Shown: in pieces, positions 1 to 8,264 of the stretch
Position numbering within the stretch: the first letter of the stretch is position 1
How the letters are laid out: every line of letters begins with the position of its first letter
DNA from: Limisphaerales bacterium
GTDB lineage: Bacteria > Verrucomicrobiota > Verrucomicrobiia > Limisphaerales > JAJOIW01
NCBI GenBank assembly: GCA_965657355.1
Contig: CBFHOE010000004.1
Coordinates: forward strand, 38,072 to 102,071
Direction: 5' to 3'
Length of the DNA: 64,000 nucleotides
Position numbers and translations under genes: made by a program
The notes under the pieces: generated by a model
Told to the model about the DNA's origin: nothing
Seen by the model: only the letters and a program-made list of their open reading frames with translations
Databases searched by the model: none

Positions 1-1215
1 GCACAAATGAATGTGGAGAAGGCATGGGCGCCAGCTTTGCGATTGTTGAACGAAGAAATAAGTGAAAATGAAAAACTTTCAATTTGGAGATCTTTTTTGA
101 GGGTAAAGGGCGCTGCTGAAAAGCTTGAGCCACTCGTTCGATTGTCCTCGATTAATCCCAAAAGTGCAGAACTTGGAGTAAGGGTTTCTAAGGAGGGGGG
201 GAGAAGCCTGCCAGCTCTTGTTATTGCGATGACAAAAGCCGGAGAACTGAAAAGTGCCAAAAAGCTCACTCCTGACGATTTAAAGTATTTGGCTACAAGT
301 GCTGCCAAAAATGGAAATCCGGACAATGGCGAGGAGATTTATCGAAGGGCCCAGTTGGCTTGTGTGACCTGTCATGCAATTGGTGGAGCTGGAGGAGTCC
401 TCGGACCAGATCTAACTTCAATAGGTGCCAGTGCTCCTATCGACTACTTGGTTGAATCTCTGTTTTTGCCTAATGCCAAAATTAAAGAGGGTTACCACGC
501 TGTTAATGTTGATACTATAGCCGAGGTAACCTATTCAGGGACGCTTGTAAGAGAGGACGAAAACAATCTTTGGATAAGAGATGCCAGCTCAAAAGTAGTC
601 AGCATCTCAAAGGACGAAATAGTATCAAGGGAATTAGCCGATTACTCATTAATGCCTATTGGGCTTATAGATCGTTTAGGCATCCAAGAACAGATTGACC
701 TGGTGGCCTTTCTTTCAAAACTTGGTAAAGAGAAAAAATTTGATGGAGCCAAATCTGATAGAGCTAGGAAATGGTTTCTTTATCCAGCGACAATAGATGC
801 AGCTCAATTCGGGGCTGAACGTGTTTTGAAGACTGATTTGAATTCGGATTCTCGTAGAGGTGGGTGGCGTTCATTCTACTCCAATGTGGATGGGCGATTA
901 ATGCAATCATCTCTTGAGTCTCGGCTGAGAGACGTTGAATCCCGATTCCCTAACAAACTCTTTGCTGCTGTCAGATTCGAATCAGCAACTTCTGATACTG
1001 TTACCTTTAACCTGGATGGTTTTCAAAGCGATGGGGGCGAAGTTTGGTTAGATAAGAAACCAGTCAAATGGAATTCAAAATCTCCAAAAATCAACATTAA
1101 GCCGGGGGTGGGGGAGCACACTCTTATCGTGAGTCTGCCAGTTTCCGAATCGGAGACTCTACCAGAATTTATAAGAATAAGCTGTGAAAAAGTAACTTTC
1201 CTTGCCGAGGAATAG
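1..1215 (+). CDS. PVC-type heme-binding CxxCH / putative membrane-bound dehydrogenase, C-terminal part (5' truncated by window edge)
   Basis: Frame is open from base 1. CVTCH heme motif followed by GGVLGPDLTSIG, ESLFLPNAKIKEGY and SLMP (axial Met), typical of the PVC heme-binding domain. Confidence 0.85.
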   Translation, partial: AQMNVEKAWAPALRLLNEEISENEKLSIWRSFLRVKGAAEKLEPLVRLSSINPKSAELGVRVSKEGGRSLPALVIAMTKAGELKSAKKLTPDDLKYLATSAAKNGNPDNGEEIYRRAQLACVTCHAIGGAGGVLGPDLTSIGASAPIDYLVESLFLPNAKIKEGYHAVNVDTIAEVTYSGTLVREDENNLWIRDASSKVVSISKDEIVSRELADYSLMPIGLIDRLGIQEQIDLVAFLSKLGKEKKFDGAKSDRARKWFLYPATIDAAQFGAERVLKTDLNSDSRRGGWRSFYSNVDGRLMQSSLESRLRDVESRFPNKLFAAVRFESATSDTVTFNLDGFQSDGGEVWLDKKPVKWNSKSPKINIKPGVGEHTLIVSLPVSESETLPEFIRISCEKVTFLAEE

Positions 1216-1236
1216 TCGAAGAAATCAACGATTTAG

Positions 1237-1863
1237 TTACTCAATAACTGTTCTATTATCTAAGGCACTTTGAAGAGTCAGGCCGTCGGTGAATTCTAAA
1301 GCCGAACCCGCAGGCATCCCTGAAGCTAACCGCGTTAGGCGAAGACCTTTATGGAAATTTTCGCATGCTTTGATTTGTTGAGTGAGGTAATAAATAGTTG
1401 CCTCACTTTCCAAATCACTAGCTAGTCCGAAAATTATTTCCGTGGGCTTCTGTTTCTCGATCCTTGTTATCAATGGCTCAATGAGGAGATCCTCGGGGTC
1501 CACTCCTGATGTTGGGGAAATTTTTCCTCCAAGTGCGTGGAATGATCCATCAAATGCTTTGAATTTTTCGAGAGAAAAGATGTCAGTCGGTTTTTCTACT
1601 ATGCAGATGATGCTGGCATCTTTTGATTCCGTAGAATCGGCACAATTTCCACATTCCTGGTCGATAGAAAAGCATCCACAGGTGCCGCAGACATCAATTT
1701 GTTCCGCATTTTTGACGAGCGCATTTGAAAAATCCTGAACTGTTGACAAAGGCCAATGGAGAAACTCCAAGGCGATACGCTCGGCAGATCTAGGGCCGAT
1801 TCCAGGTAACTGGCCGAATGCTTGTATCAGATTTGATAGTGGTTGTGGAAATCGATTTCCCAT
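1237..1863 (-). CDS. recR: Recombination mediator RecR
   Basis: LPGIGPRSAERIA HhH motif, C4 zinc finger (CGTC...CGNC), Toprim domain; synteny with dnaX-ybaB. Confidence 0.97.
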   Translation of the reverse strand: MGNRFPQPLSNLIQAFGQLPGIGPRSAERIALEFLHWPLSTVQDFSNALVKNAEQIDVCGTCGCFSIDQECGNCADSTESKDASIICIVEKPTDIFSLEKFKAFDGSFHALGGKISPTSGVDPEDLLIEPLITRIEKQKPTEIIFGLASDLESEATIYYLTQQIKACENFHKGLRLTRLASGMPAGSALEFTDGLTLQSALDNRTVIE

Positions 1864-1934
1864 GAGTAATTCCGGCCCGTAACAAAAATAAACTACGACG
1901 ACACAATGGGAGAATCTTGAATGACAATAGGTTT

Positions 1935-2249
1935 TTACATCAACCCGGGCAGTGACATGCCCGATGTGAGTTTGCCCATTTCTTCATTCGAGATTTCTTT
2001 TGTTTTTTCTATGGCTGAATTAATTGCTGACACAACGAGATCTTGCAGCATTTCAACATCATCGGGATCCACAGAATCTGGGTCAATTTTTATGGCTGTA
2101 ACTTTACTTGAATCGCAAGTCATGGAAATTGTTACAGCACCTCCCCCAGAGGATACTTCAATTGTCTTCTCTGCTAATTCAGCCTGCTTTTGCTCCATCT
2201 GCCGCTGGATTTTGGCGGCCTGTTTCATTAATTTACCTACTCCTGCCAT
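1935..2249 (-). CDS. ybaB: YbaB/EbfC nucleoid-associated protein
   Basis: MKQAAKIQ...SGGGAV...EMLQDLVVSAIN motifs; lies between dnaX and recR. Confidence 0.96.
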   Translation of the reverse strand: MAGVGKLMKQAAKIQRQMEQKQAELAEKTIEVSSGGGAVTISMTCDSSKVTAIKIDPDSVDPDDVEMLQDLVVSAINSAIEKTKEISNEEMGKLTSGMSLPGLM

Positions 2250-2266
2250 AACGTTTCTTTAGTATA

Positions 2267-4060
2267 TTACTCTTTTGGGATCTGAACATCAACGATTTGC
2301 CCTTTGAAAATTTCAAGAGCTTTTTGGATCATTGGGTCCGATTTAAATTTTTCCGGATCCATTTTAACCGGCTGCACCGGTTGCGCCTCCTGACTTTCCT
2401 CTTCCTCAAATGAGGTATTGCCTGAATCGGTTTTTTCTCCTTTTGAAACTTTTTTAATGACGGTTTCTCGAGTTGGCTCTGTTTGCGTGACCTTTTCAGG
2501 CTCTATACCTTCAGGGTGCTGTTCTTCTTTTAACTCAATATCCACGTCTCCAAATCCTAAACCCCGCACAGCGTCTTTCAGAATTTTTATATATTTGGGT
2601 GAATTTATGACCACAATTTGCCCGGAAATGCTTGGGTCAAATCCTATGACTAATTTTTGATTGTCGAACCGGCTCAGGTGCGCCTGACTTAGAGATACTT
2701 CCAATATGCCACTGGCCTCACTCACTTTTGAGAGTAACACTTTCCAATCCAGATCTGAATTGTCCGACCGACTGGTATGGTTTGTTTTGTCCTCTTTTTT
2801 GGGGGCTCCAATGGGATCTTTAGATGGCCTCTTGTTTAGCGGAGGAGTTTTTTTTTCTTGCAAATTGTTGGCTCCAACAACTTCGGCTTCCTGCGACTTA
2901 ACCTTAACCTCAACAGGTTCCCCAGATTGCAATGACTCTAGTTTCTGAATGACTTCATTGATATCAGTCGAATAAGCCGACTCGACTACTTGCATTAAAC
3001 AAAGCTCCATGGCGATCTTTTTTGAACTAAACGTCTTGAGCCTGGATTCAAATTCAGAGAAGGATTCTAAGATTCTTCCCAGCTGAAAAGGTGTGGCGAG
3101 TTGCTCTTGTTGCTTGATAGCGTCCGATTCTGCTTCAGAAACTTTTAGCAGCGAAATATCACCACCACTCACGGAGTATACAAGAAGGTTTCTGAAGTGA
3201 TTCAGCAAATCGCCTATTAGCCTTGATAAATCCTTACCGCTGCTGACCAGAGTATCTAGCAGTATCAAAGCAGACTTAATATCTTTCATCAGCAGGGAAT
3301 GTGCTAGATCTATGATTTGCTGCCGGCTTGTTAGGCCAAACATACCTAAAACATCCTCCTCTGTTACCTTGTCTCCACAGAAGCTGATAAGCTGATCAAG
3401 GGTTGATTCTGCGTCTCTCATGCCACCATCAGCGCTTCGCGAGATGGCATCCAAAGCCTTGTTTTCAATTTCAATACCCTCATTTGTGGCGATTTTTTTT
3501 AACTGAGCGGCAATCTTTTCCGTCGGAATGGAAGATAAATCGAATCTTTGGCAGCGAGATAGGATGGTTGACAAGATTTTTTCAGGCTCCGTTGTAGCAA
3601 ACATGAATTTGACATGTTCAGGCGGCTCCTCAAGTGTCTTGAGTAGCGCATTAAATGCCTGCGTTGAGAGCATGTGGACTTCATCAATAATATATATTTT
3701 GAATCGAGCGACGTTTGGGGTGTATTGGACGGTGTCTCGTAAGTCACGGATTTGCTCAACTCCGTTGTTGCTGGCTCCATCGATCTCGATGACATCCAGG
3801 CTTGTGCCTTCTGCGATGTCACAGGCTATGGGGTCGTCGTCTGCAAAATCAGCCCTGGGGCCATCTTGGCAATTAAGGGCTTTGGCAAAGATTCTGGCTA
3901 GCGTTGTTTTCCCGGTCCCTCTGGGGCCAGCAAATAAATACGCATGAGCTATTCGCCCGCTTTGGATTGCATTCCGCAGGGTTTGAATCACATGCTCTTG
4001 TCCGACCACATCACTAAATTTTTGTGGTCTGTATTTACGTGCGATGACCTGATAACCCAT
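2267..4060 (-). CDS. dnaX: DNA polymerase III subunit tau/gamma
   Basis: ARKYRP, Walker A GPRGTGKT, IIDEVHMLS and SRC motifs. Internal A9 run at 2848-2856. Confidence 0.98.
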   Translation of the reverse strand: MGYQVIARKYRPQKFSDVVGQEHVIQTLRNAIQSGRIAHAYLFAGPRGTGKTTLARIFAKALNCQDGPRADFADDDPIACDIAEGTSLDVIEIDGASNNGVEQIRDLRDTVQYTPNVARFKIYIIDEVHMLSTQAFNALLKTLEEPPEHVKFMFATTEPEKILSTILSRCQRFDLSSIPTEKIAAQLKKIATNEGIEIENKALDAISRSADGGMRDAESTLDQLISFCGDKVTEEDVLGMFGLTSRQQIIDLAHSLLMKDIKSALILLDTLVSSGKDLSRLIGDLLNHFRNLLVYSVSGGDISLLKVSEAESDAIKQQEQLATPFQLGRILESFSEFESRLKTFSSKKIAMELCLMQVVESAYSTDINEVIQKLESLQSGEPVEVKVKSQEAEVVGANNLQEKKTPPLNKRPSKDPIGAPKKEDKTNHTSRSDNSDLDWKVLLSKVSEASGILEVSLSQAHLSRFDNQKLVIGFDPSISGQIVVINSPKYIKILKDAVRGLGFGDVDIELKEEQHPEGIEPEKVTQTEPTRETVIKKVSKGEKTDSGNTSFEEEESQEAQPVQPVKMDPEKFKSDPMIQKALEIFKGQIVDVQIPKE

Positions 4061-4131
4061 ATGACCGAATTATACCAGAAGGCTTTCGGTTTGGACAATC
4101 GCACAATGTTGAGGAAGATGAAAAAATTAAA

Positions 4132-4227
4132 GGTCCAGGGAATCTGCGGCAATACAAAGCAAAGTACCGTTGCTGCCGTCAAGCCCTGGCGGGATTCCTA
4201 AGTCCGTAGTCCACAGCCCCTGGACCC
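4132..4227 (-). ncRNA. ffs: Bacterial small SRP RNA (4.5S) with non-canonical UGAC tetraloop
   Basis: Minus strand reads GGUCCAGGG...CCCUGGACC as the closing stem. Helix-8 signature CCGCCAGG-GCU-UGAC-GGC-AGCAAC-GGU versus the canonical CAGG-UCC-GGAA-GGA-AGCAG. Usual position upstream of dnaX. Confidence 0.9.
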
Positions 4228-4442
4228 ATAAAGCTTTCAAATGGATGCTCTGATGACAAGTTTTATTTCTCAAAAAGACTCCACTAATTCTTATCTGCTC
4301 AAAAATTTATCAAGGTTTATGTTGTGAATGAGTTCCTATTCATTGGATTTGAGGTTTATTTTTGGACCAAAACAATGAATTGAATCCATAAAATCCAAAA
4401 AATAGGCTTTTCATCTCATATTTCCTGAATTAATTGTGCTTC

Positions 4443-4973
4443 ATGACCAATTACGATTGGGTTGACACCTTCAAATCTGTTTACGACTCTGGACATGAAA
4501 AATACATGGCTGGGGAAAAATTTCCTGATGCAATGTTCAATGAGGATCAGGTGAAATTTCTTCATTCCATTGGAGCAACGGGGCAGGAGATTTTTGATTT
4601 TATCGAAGATAACATTTTATCTGGTGGAGACCCCTCATTTGAAACGGTGATTCTTATAACTTCGGCAAGAAGAGACTATTTTCTCAGCCAACAAAGAGGC
4701 CAACATTCAAACCAAACAGTCAGTATCGATGATTTACCCGCAAAAACCGAAAGCGTTGACGGGATTGAATGGCTTCCACGGATTATAGAAAAGGCAAAAG
4801 CCAAACTTCGAGGAGAGATGCCTGACGAGCTCATGTATGGCTGCGGTGGGGATAGACCATTTTGTAAAAAACATAATCTTCATTTGGCTGATTTCCTGAG
4901 AGTAGTCTGGATGTCTGGTGGCAATAATGATCTCATTATTCAATATGTGAAATCGCAGTCCGATTTGGCATAA
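4443..4973 (+). CDS. DUF5069-family protein
   Basis: C-terminal WLPRIIEKAKAKLRGEMP..MYGCGGDR motif. ATG at 4443 preferred over the upstream alternative start. Confidence 0.75.
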   Translation: MTNYDWVDTFKSVYDSGHEKYMAGEKFPDAMFNEDQVKFLHSIGATGQEIFDFIEDNILSGGDPSFETVILITSARRDYFLSQQRGQHSNQTVSIDDLPAKTESVDGIEWLPRIIEKAKAKLRGEMPDELMYGCGGDRPFCKKHNLHLADFLRVVWMSGGNNDLIIQYVKSQSDLA

Positions 4974-5005
4974 AAACCATTCCAAGAAAAAACGGAATTT
5001 AATGG

Positions 5006-5043
5006 AAAAAGCCCGCTACCAATATAGGTTGCGGGCTTTTTTT
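5006..5043. terminator. Bidirectional intrinsic terminator
   Basis: AAAAA-GCCCGC-...-GCGGGC-TTTTTTT between the convergent DUF5069 and rne/rng genes. Confidence 0.85.
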
Positions 5044-5072
5044 CTAATGAGCGAAATTCTCTGTGTAAAAAC

Positions 5073-7049
5073 TTATAAGACCTTCACTATATCCTTATTA
5101 TTTTCGGTATTGGTTATTTTAAATTGCTCTTGGAGCAGGTTTGAGTCCCCTTTGAAGCTGAGTTTTCCAAAATACTTTTTCTCCATATCGATGAGGAGTT
5201 GTTGATCTTCTCTCCGAAGTCTATCCAATACCTTTGGATGCACTGAGATTCGAAGTTGGAAATCGGTTTCATCCCTGCTTCTTTTCTTCAGTATCTCATT
5301 GAGTTTCCTTTGGATCTCAGCTGACATCGTTACTGGGCTTTTTACAATGCCTTTGCCTTGGCAGTTGCTGCATGTTTCATAGACTTTTGAGTGGACGCTC
5401 TCAGAATGCCTCTGACGAGTCATTTGCATAAGGCCTAACGCAGAAATAGGCAGCACGTGGGTTTTCGCTCTATCTTTTCTGAGGTGTTCTTTTACCTTTT
5501 TGTAAACTTCATTTTGATCTCTGCGCATTTTCATATCTATGAAGTCTAAAACTATAAGTCCTCCAATGTTTCGAAGCCTCAGCTGCCTACAAATTTCTTC
5601 TGCGGCTTCGAGGTTCACATTAAGCATAGTGCTGCTTTGATCTTTACCATTTTTGTGTCGGCCTGTGTTAACATCGACCGCGACGAGGGCTTCCGTCTCA
5701 TCAAAAACAATGTATCCACCGCTCTTCAAATGTACTTGCCGGGAAAAGGTGTTTTCAAGTTGCTTAGTGACATTATATCTATCAAAAACACTTTGATTTT
5801 CTTCGTAATGAATAATTTTGGAAGCCGAACGCTTAGAGATTTTTTCTATAAGTTCCTTGATTCTCGTATATTGTTCAGCATCGTCTACGACAATTTTGTT
5901 GACGTCATCTGTGAGGAAATCACGCACGGTTCTTCCAACTAAGTCCGGTTCTTGGTATACGCAGCAAGGAGCCTTAGACTTTTGGATAGACTTTTGGATC
6001 GAATTCCATTGTTCGATGAGCCAGGCTAGGTCTCGGACAAAATATCTTAATTTTTTCCCTTCTCCAGCTGTTCTCATGACGACCCCCATTCCATCAGGAA
6101 TATTGAGTTTATTGAGGATTTTCTTGAGCCTTTGCCGTTCTTCTTGGGATTCGATTTTTCGTGAAATACCACTTTGATCTGAGTTTGGAAGAAGAACCAA
6201 ATAGCGTCCGGGTATGGAAAGATTCGTAGTTACTCTTGGTCCTTTATTACCAATAGGCCCTTTGGTGACCTGTACGATAATTTCAGTTCCCGCAGGGTAA
6301 AGGTCAGGTATATCTTTCTGGGTAATTTTCTTTTTCTTCTTCTTTTTGTGTCGGTCTTTTTCACGCTCCACGATTTCGAAGTTTTTATCGAGATTGCTTG
6401 GAACTATATCCCAATAATGTAAGAAAGAATTTTTCTCCCAATTAATGTCAACGAAGGCTGCCTTCAAGCCGTCTTCCAAGTTTCTCACTACTCCCTTGTA
6501 AATGGAATGGGCCATTCTTAGAGAGTCTGTTCTTTCGATGTTGAATTCCTCTACTTTTCCTTCTTCAAGAATTGCGACCCGTGTCTCAAGTGATTCGACA
6601 TTAATAATGACGTCTGTTTCGGTTTCAACATTCCGAATAATCTTTTTAACTTTTTTAATGGCTTTGCTTGCGGAAGCCTTGACTTTATCCATTATTCCGG
6701 CTGACGCTTTGGCCTGCTTCTTGGCTAATTTTGCCTCGATGTCGTCAAAGTGCTCTTCTTTTTCAGGAACTCTTTCTTCGGATTTTTCCTCCTCTGCTAG
6801 TTCCTCGATCTGTTTGTCCCCAATATCTGGAGGGAGATCATGAGCTATGTTTTCTGATCTATTTATTTCATCTTCATGACGAGAAGGAGAAAATACAGGT
6901 TCGTCTCCAGAGCTTTGTTCCAGGACTTCTTGGCGTGCTTTCTCTGCGGCCTTTGTTGCTTTAGAGCCTAGACCTCTTCTCTTCGCGCCCTTATTGGGCT
7001 TGAAGCGATATGAGTTTTTTTTGCGGCTCGAATAACTTTTTGAATTCAT
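5073..7049 (-). CDS. rne: Rne/Rng family ribonuclease with N-terminal charged extension
   Basis: S1 domain (IYKGVV...AAFVDI), VDVNTG, RQLRLRNIGGLIVLDFIDM and Zn-link CSNCQGKG; last gene of the mre/mrd operon. Rne versus Rng not resolved. Confidence 0.93.
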   Translation of the reverse strand: MNSKSYSSRKKNSYRFKPNKGAKRRGLGSKATKAAEKARQEVLEQSSGDEPVFSPSRHEDEINRSENIAHDLPPDIGDKQIEELAEEEKSEERVPEKEEHFDDIEAKLAKKQAKASAGIMDKVKASASKAIKKVKKIIRNVETETDVIINVESLETRVAILEEGKVEEFNIERTDSLRMAHSIYKGVVRNLEDGLKAAFVDINWEKNSFLHYWDIVPSNLDKNFEIVEREKDRHKKKKKKKITQKDIPDLYPAGTEIIVQVTKGPIGNKGPRVTTNLSIPGRYLVLLPNSDQSGISRKIESQEERQRLKKILNKLNIPDGMGVVMRTAGEGKKLRYFVRDLAWLIEQWNSIQKSIQKSKAPCCVYQEPDLVGRTVRDFLTDDVNKIVVDDAEQYTRIKELIEKISKRSASKIIHYEENQSVFDRYNVTKQLENTFSRQVHLKSGGYIVFDETEALVAVDVNTGRHKNGKDQSSTMLNVNLEAAEEICRQLRLRNIGGLIVLDFIDMKMRRDQNEVYKKVKEHLRKDRAKTHVLPISALGLMQMTRQRHSESVHSKVYETCSNCQGKGIVKSPVTMSAEIQRKLNEILKKRSRDETDFQLRISVHPKVLDRLRREDQQLLIDMEKKYFGKLSFKGDSNLLQEQFKITNTENNKDIVKVL

Positions 7050-7055
7050 AATTTA

Positions 7056-8264
7056 CTAATACTTTCTGCGATACGCATAGACGTTTTGGAGTAAGCCTGC
7101 CGCGATAAGGGCTGAGATGCCCGCAGATCCTCCATGACTGAGTATTGGGAGTGGGAGCCCGGTAACAGGTGTTAATCCCACATTCATCCCAATGTTTATA
7201 AAAATCTGACTGAACCACAAAGTTGTGATTCCTACAGCCAGGAACTTACCTTGGCGATCGCGTGCCAAGCCAGCCACACGAAGACCGGAAATTAACAATA
7301 TTGCATATAGGGAGAGGACGAAAATACTCCCCATGAATCCGTGTTCTTCCGCTATGACTGAGAAAATAAAATCATTATGTGCAACGCTATTGGGGAGATA
7401 CCCGAGTTTGATTTGTGTGCCTTGTCTCCATCCTTTGCCCGTTAAACCACCAGACCCCACTGAAATCTTGGCCTGGTTAACATTATACGAATCATTAAAT
7501 TGTTCAATTTTTAGGCGCCTGCGTTCTTCTGGTCCGGCATTTTTAGGCGCGTAGTCTACCCCAAAATAAACCATCAATCTCTTCTTTTGGTAATCCTCAA
7601 GTTTGATTACTTGGAATTGTGGGGGCATGTAGAGCACTTCAACTATCAGAAAAACAAAGATCAACGCCACTGCCCCGAAAAAATTTAAAAGGTATTTTAA
7701 AGGTATACCACCAACGTACATCATGGCGATTCCCACGGGAAATAAAACAATAGACGAGCCCAGGTCCGGCTCCTTTAGTATCAAAAGGAAAGTCACCCCG
7801 ATAATGCCTAAGCAGGTGAAGAAGGTTTTTCTGCTTTTGAGGTCGAGCTTTGGCCTGCTCAGAAAAAAACCTAAAGCAATGATCATTGTAAGCTTGGCAA
7901 ATTCAGACGGCTGAACCTGTACGATCCCAAGATCAAGCCACCGCCTTGCCCCATTTATTTTGACTCCGACCCCAGGGAGTAAAACTAGTATTAATAGGAA
8001 CAGAGAAAAGGCATATAATGGGTAGGCCCACCTCGAGATATCTCCATAGTCAATGACGCACAACCATCCAGCCAAGATGCAGCCAAGTGTTAAATAAATC
8101 ATTTGGCTGCTTGTAATTGATTCATCTCCGGAGGTTGCGCTAAAAATAGAAGTTAATCCTACTGTTGCTAGAAGCAGAATAGTGGCCCACATAAACCAAA
8201 GTACTCTTCCGACTTTAGCATTTACATTGGAAGTCGCTTGAATTTTTAGCGTGTTGCTTATCAT
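7056..8264 (-). CDS. rodA: Rod shape-determining SEDS transglycosylase RodA
   Basis: GARRW, QPSEFAK, EPDLG, HNDFIF and PVTGLPLP motifs; follows mrdA. Confidence 0.95.
   Translation of the reverse strand: MISNTLKIQATSNVNAKVGRVLWFMWATILLLATVGLTSIFSATSGDESITSSQMIYLTLGCILAGWLCVIDYGDISRWAYPLYAFSLFLLILVLLPGVGVKINGARRWLDLGIVQVQPSEFAKLTMIIALGFFLSRPKLDLKSRKTFFTCLGIIGVTFLLILKEPDLGSSIVLFPVGIAMMYVGGIPLKYLLNFFGAVALIFVFLIVEVLYMPPQFQVIKLEDYQKKRLMVYFGVDYAPKNAGPEERRRLKIEQFNDSYNVNQAKISVGSGGLTGKGWRQGTQIKLGYLPNSVAHNDFIFSVIAEEHGFMGSIFVLSLYAILLISGLRVAGLARDRQGKFLAVGITTLWFSQIFINIGMNVGLTPVTGLPLPILSHGGSAGISALIAAGLLQNVYAYRRKY

Noticed and set aside
4350..4411. Long imperfect inverted repeat upstream of the DUF5069 gene
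   Set aside because: Mostly A/T runs and G-U pairs, as expected by chance in AT-rich promoter DNA.
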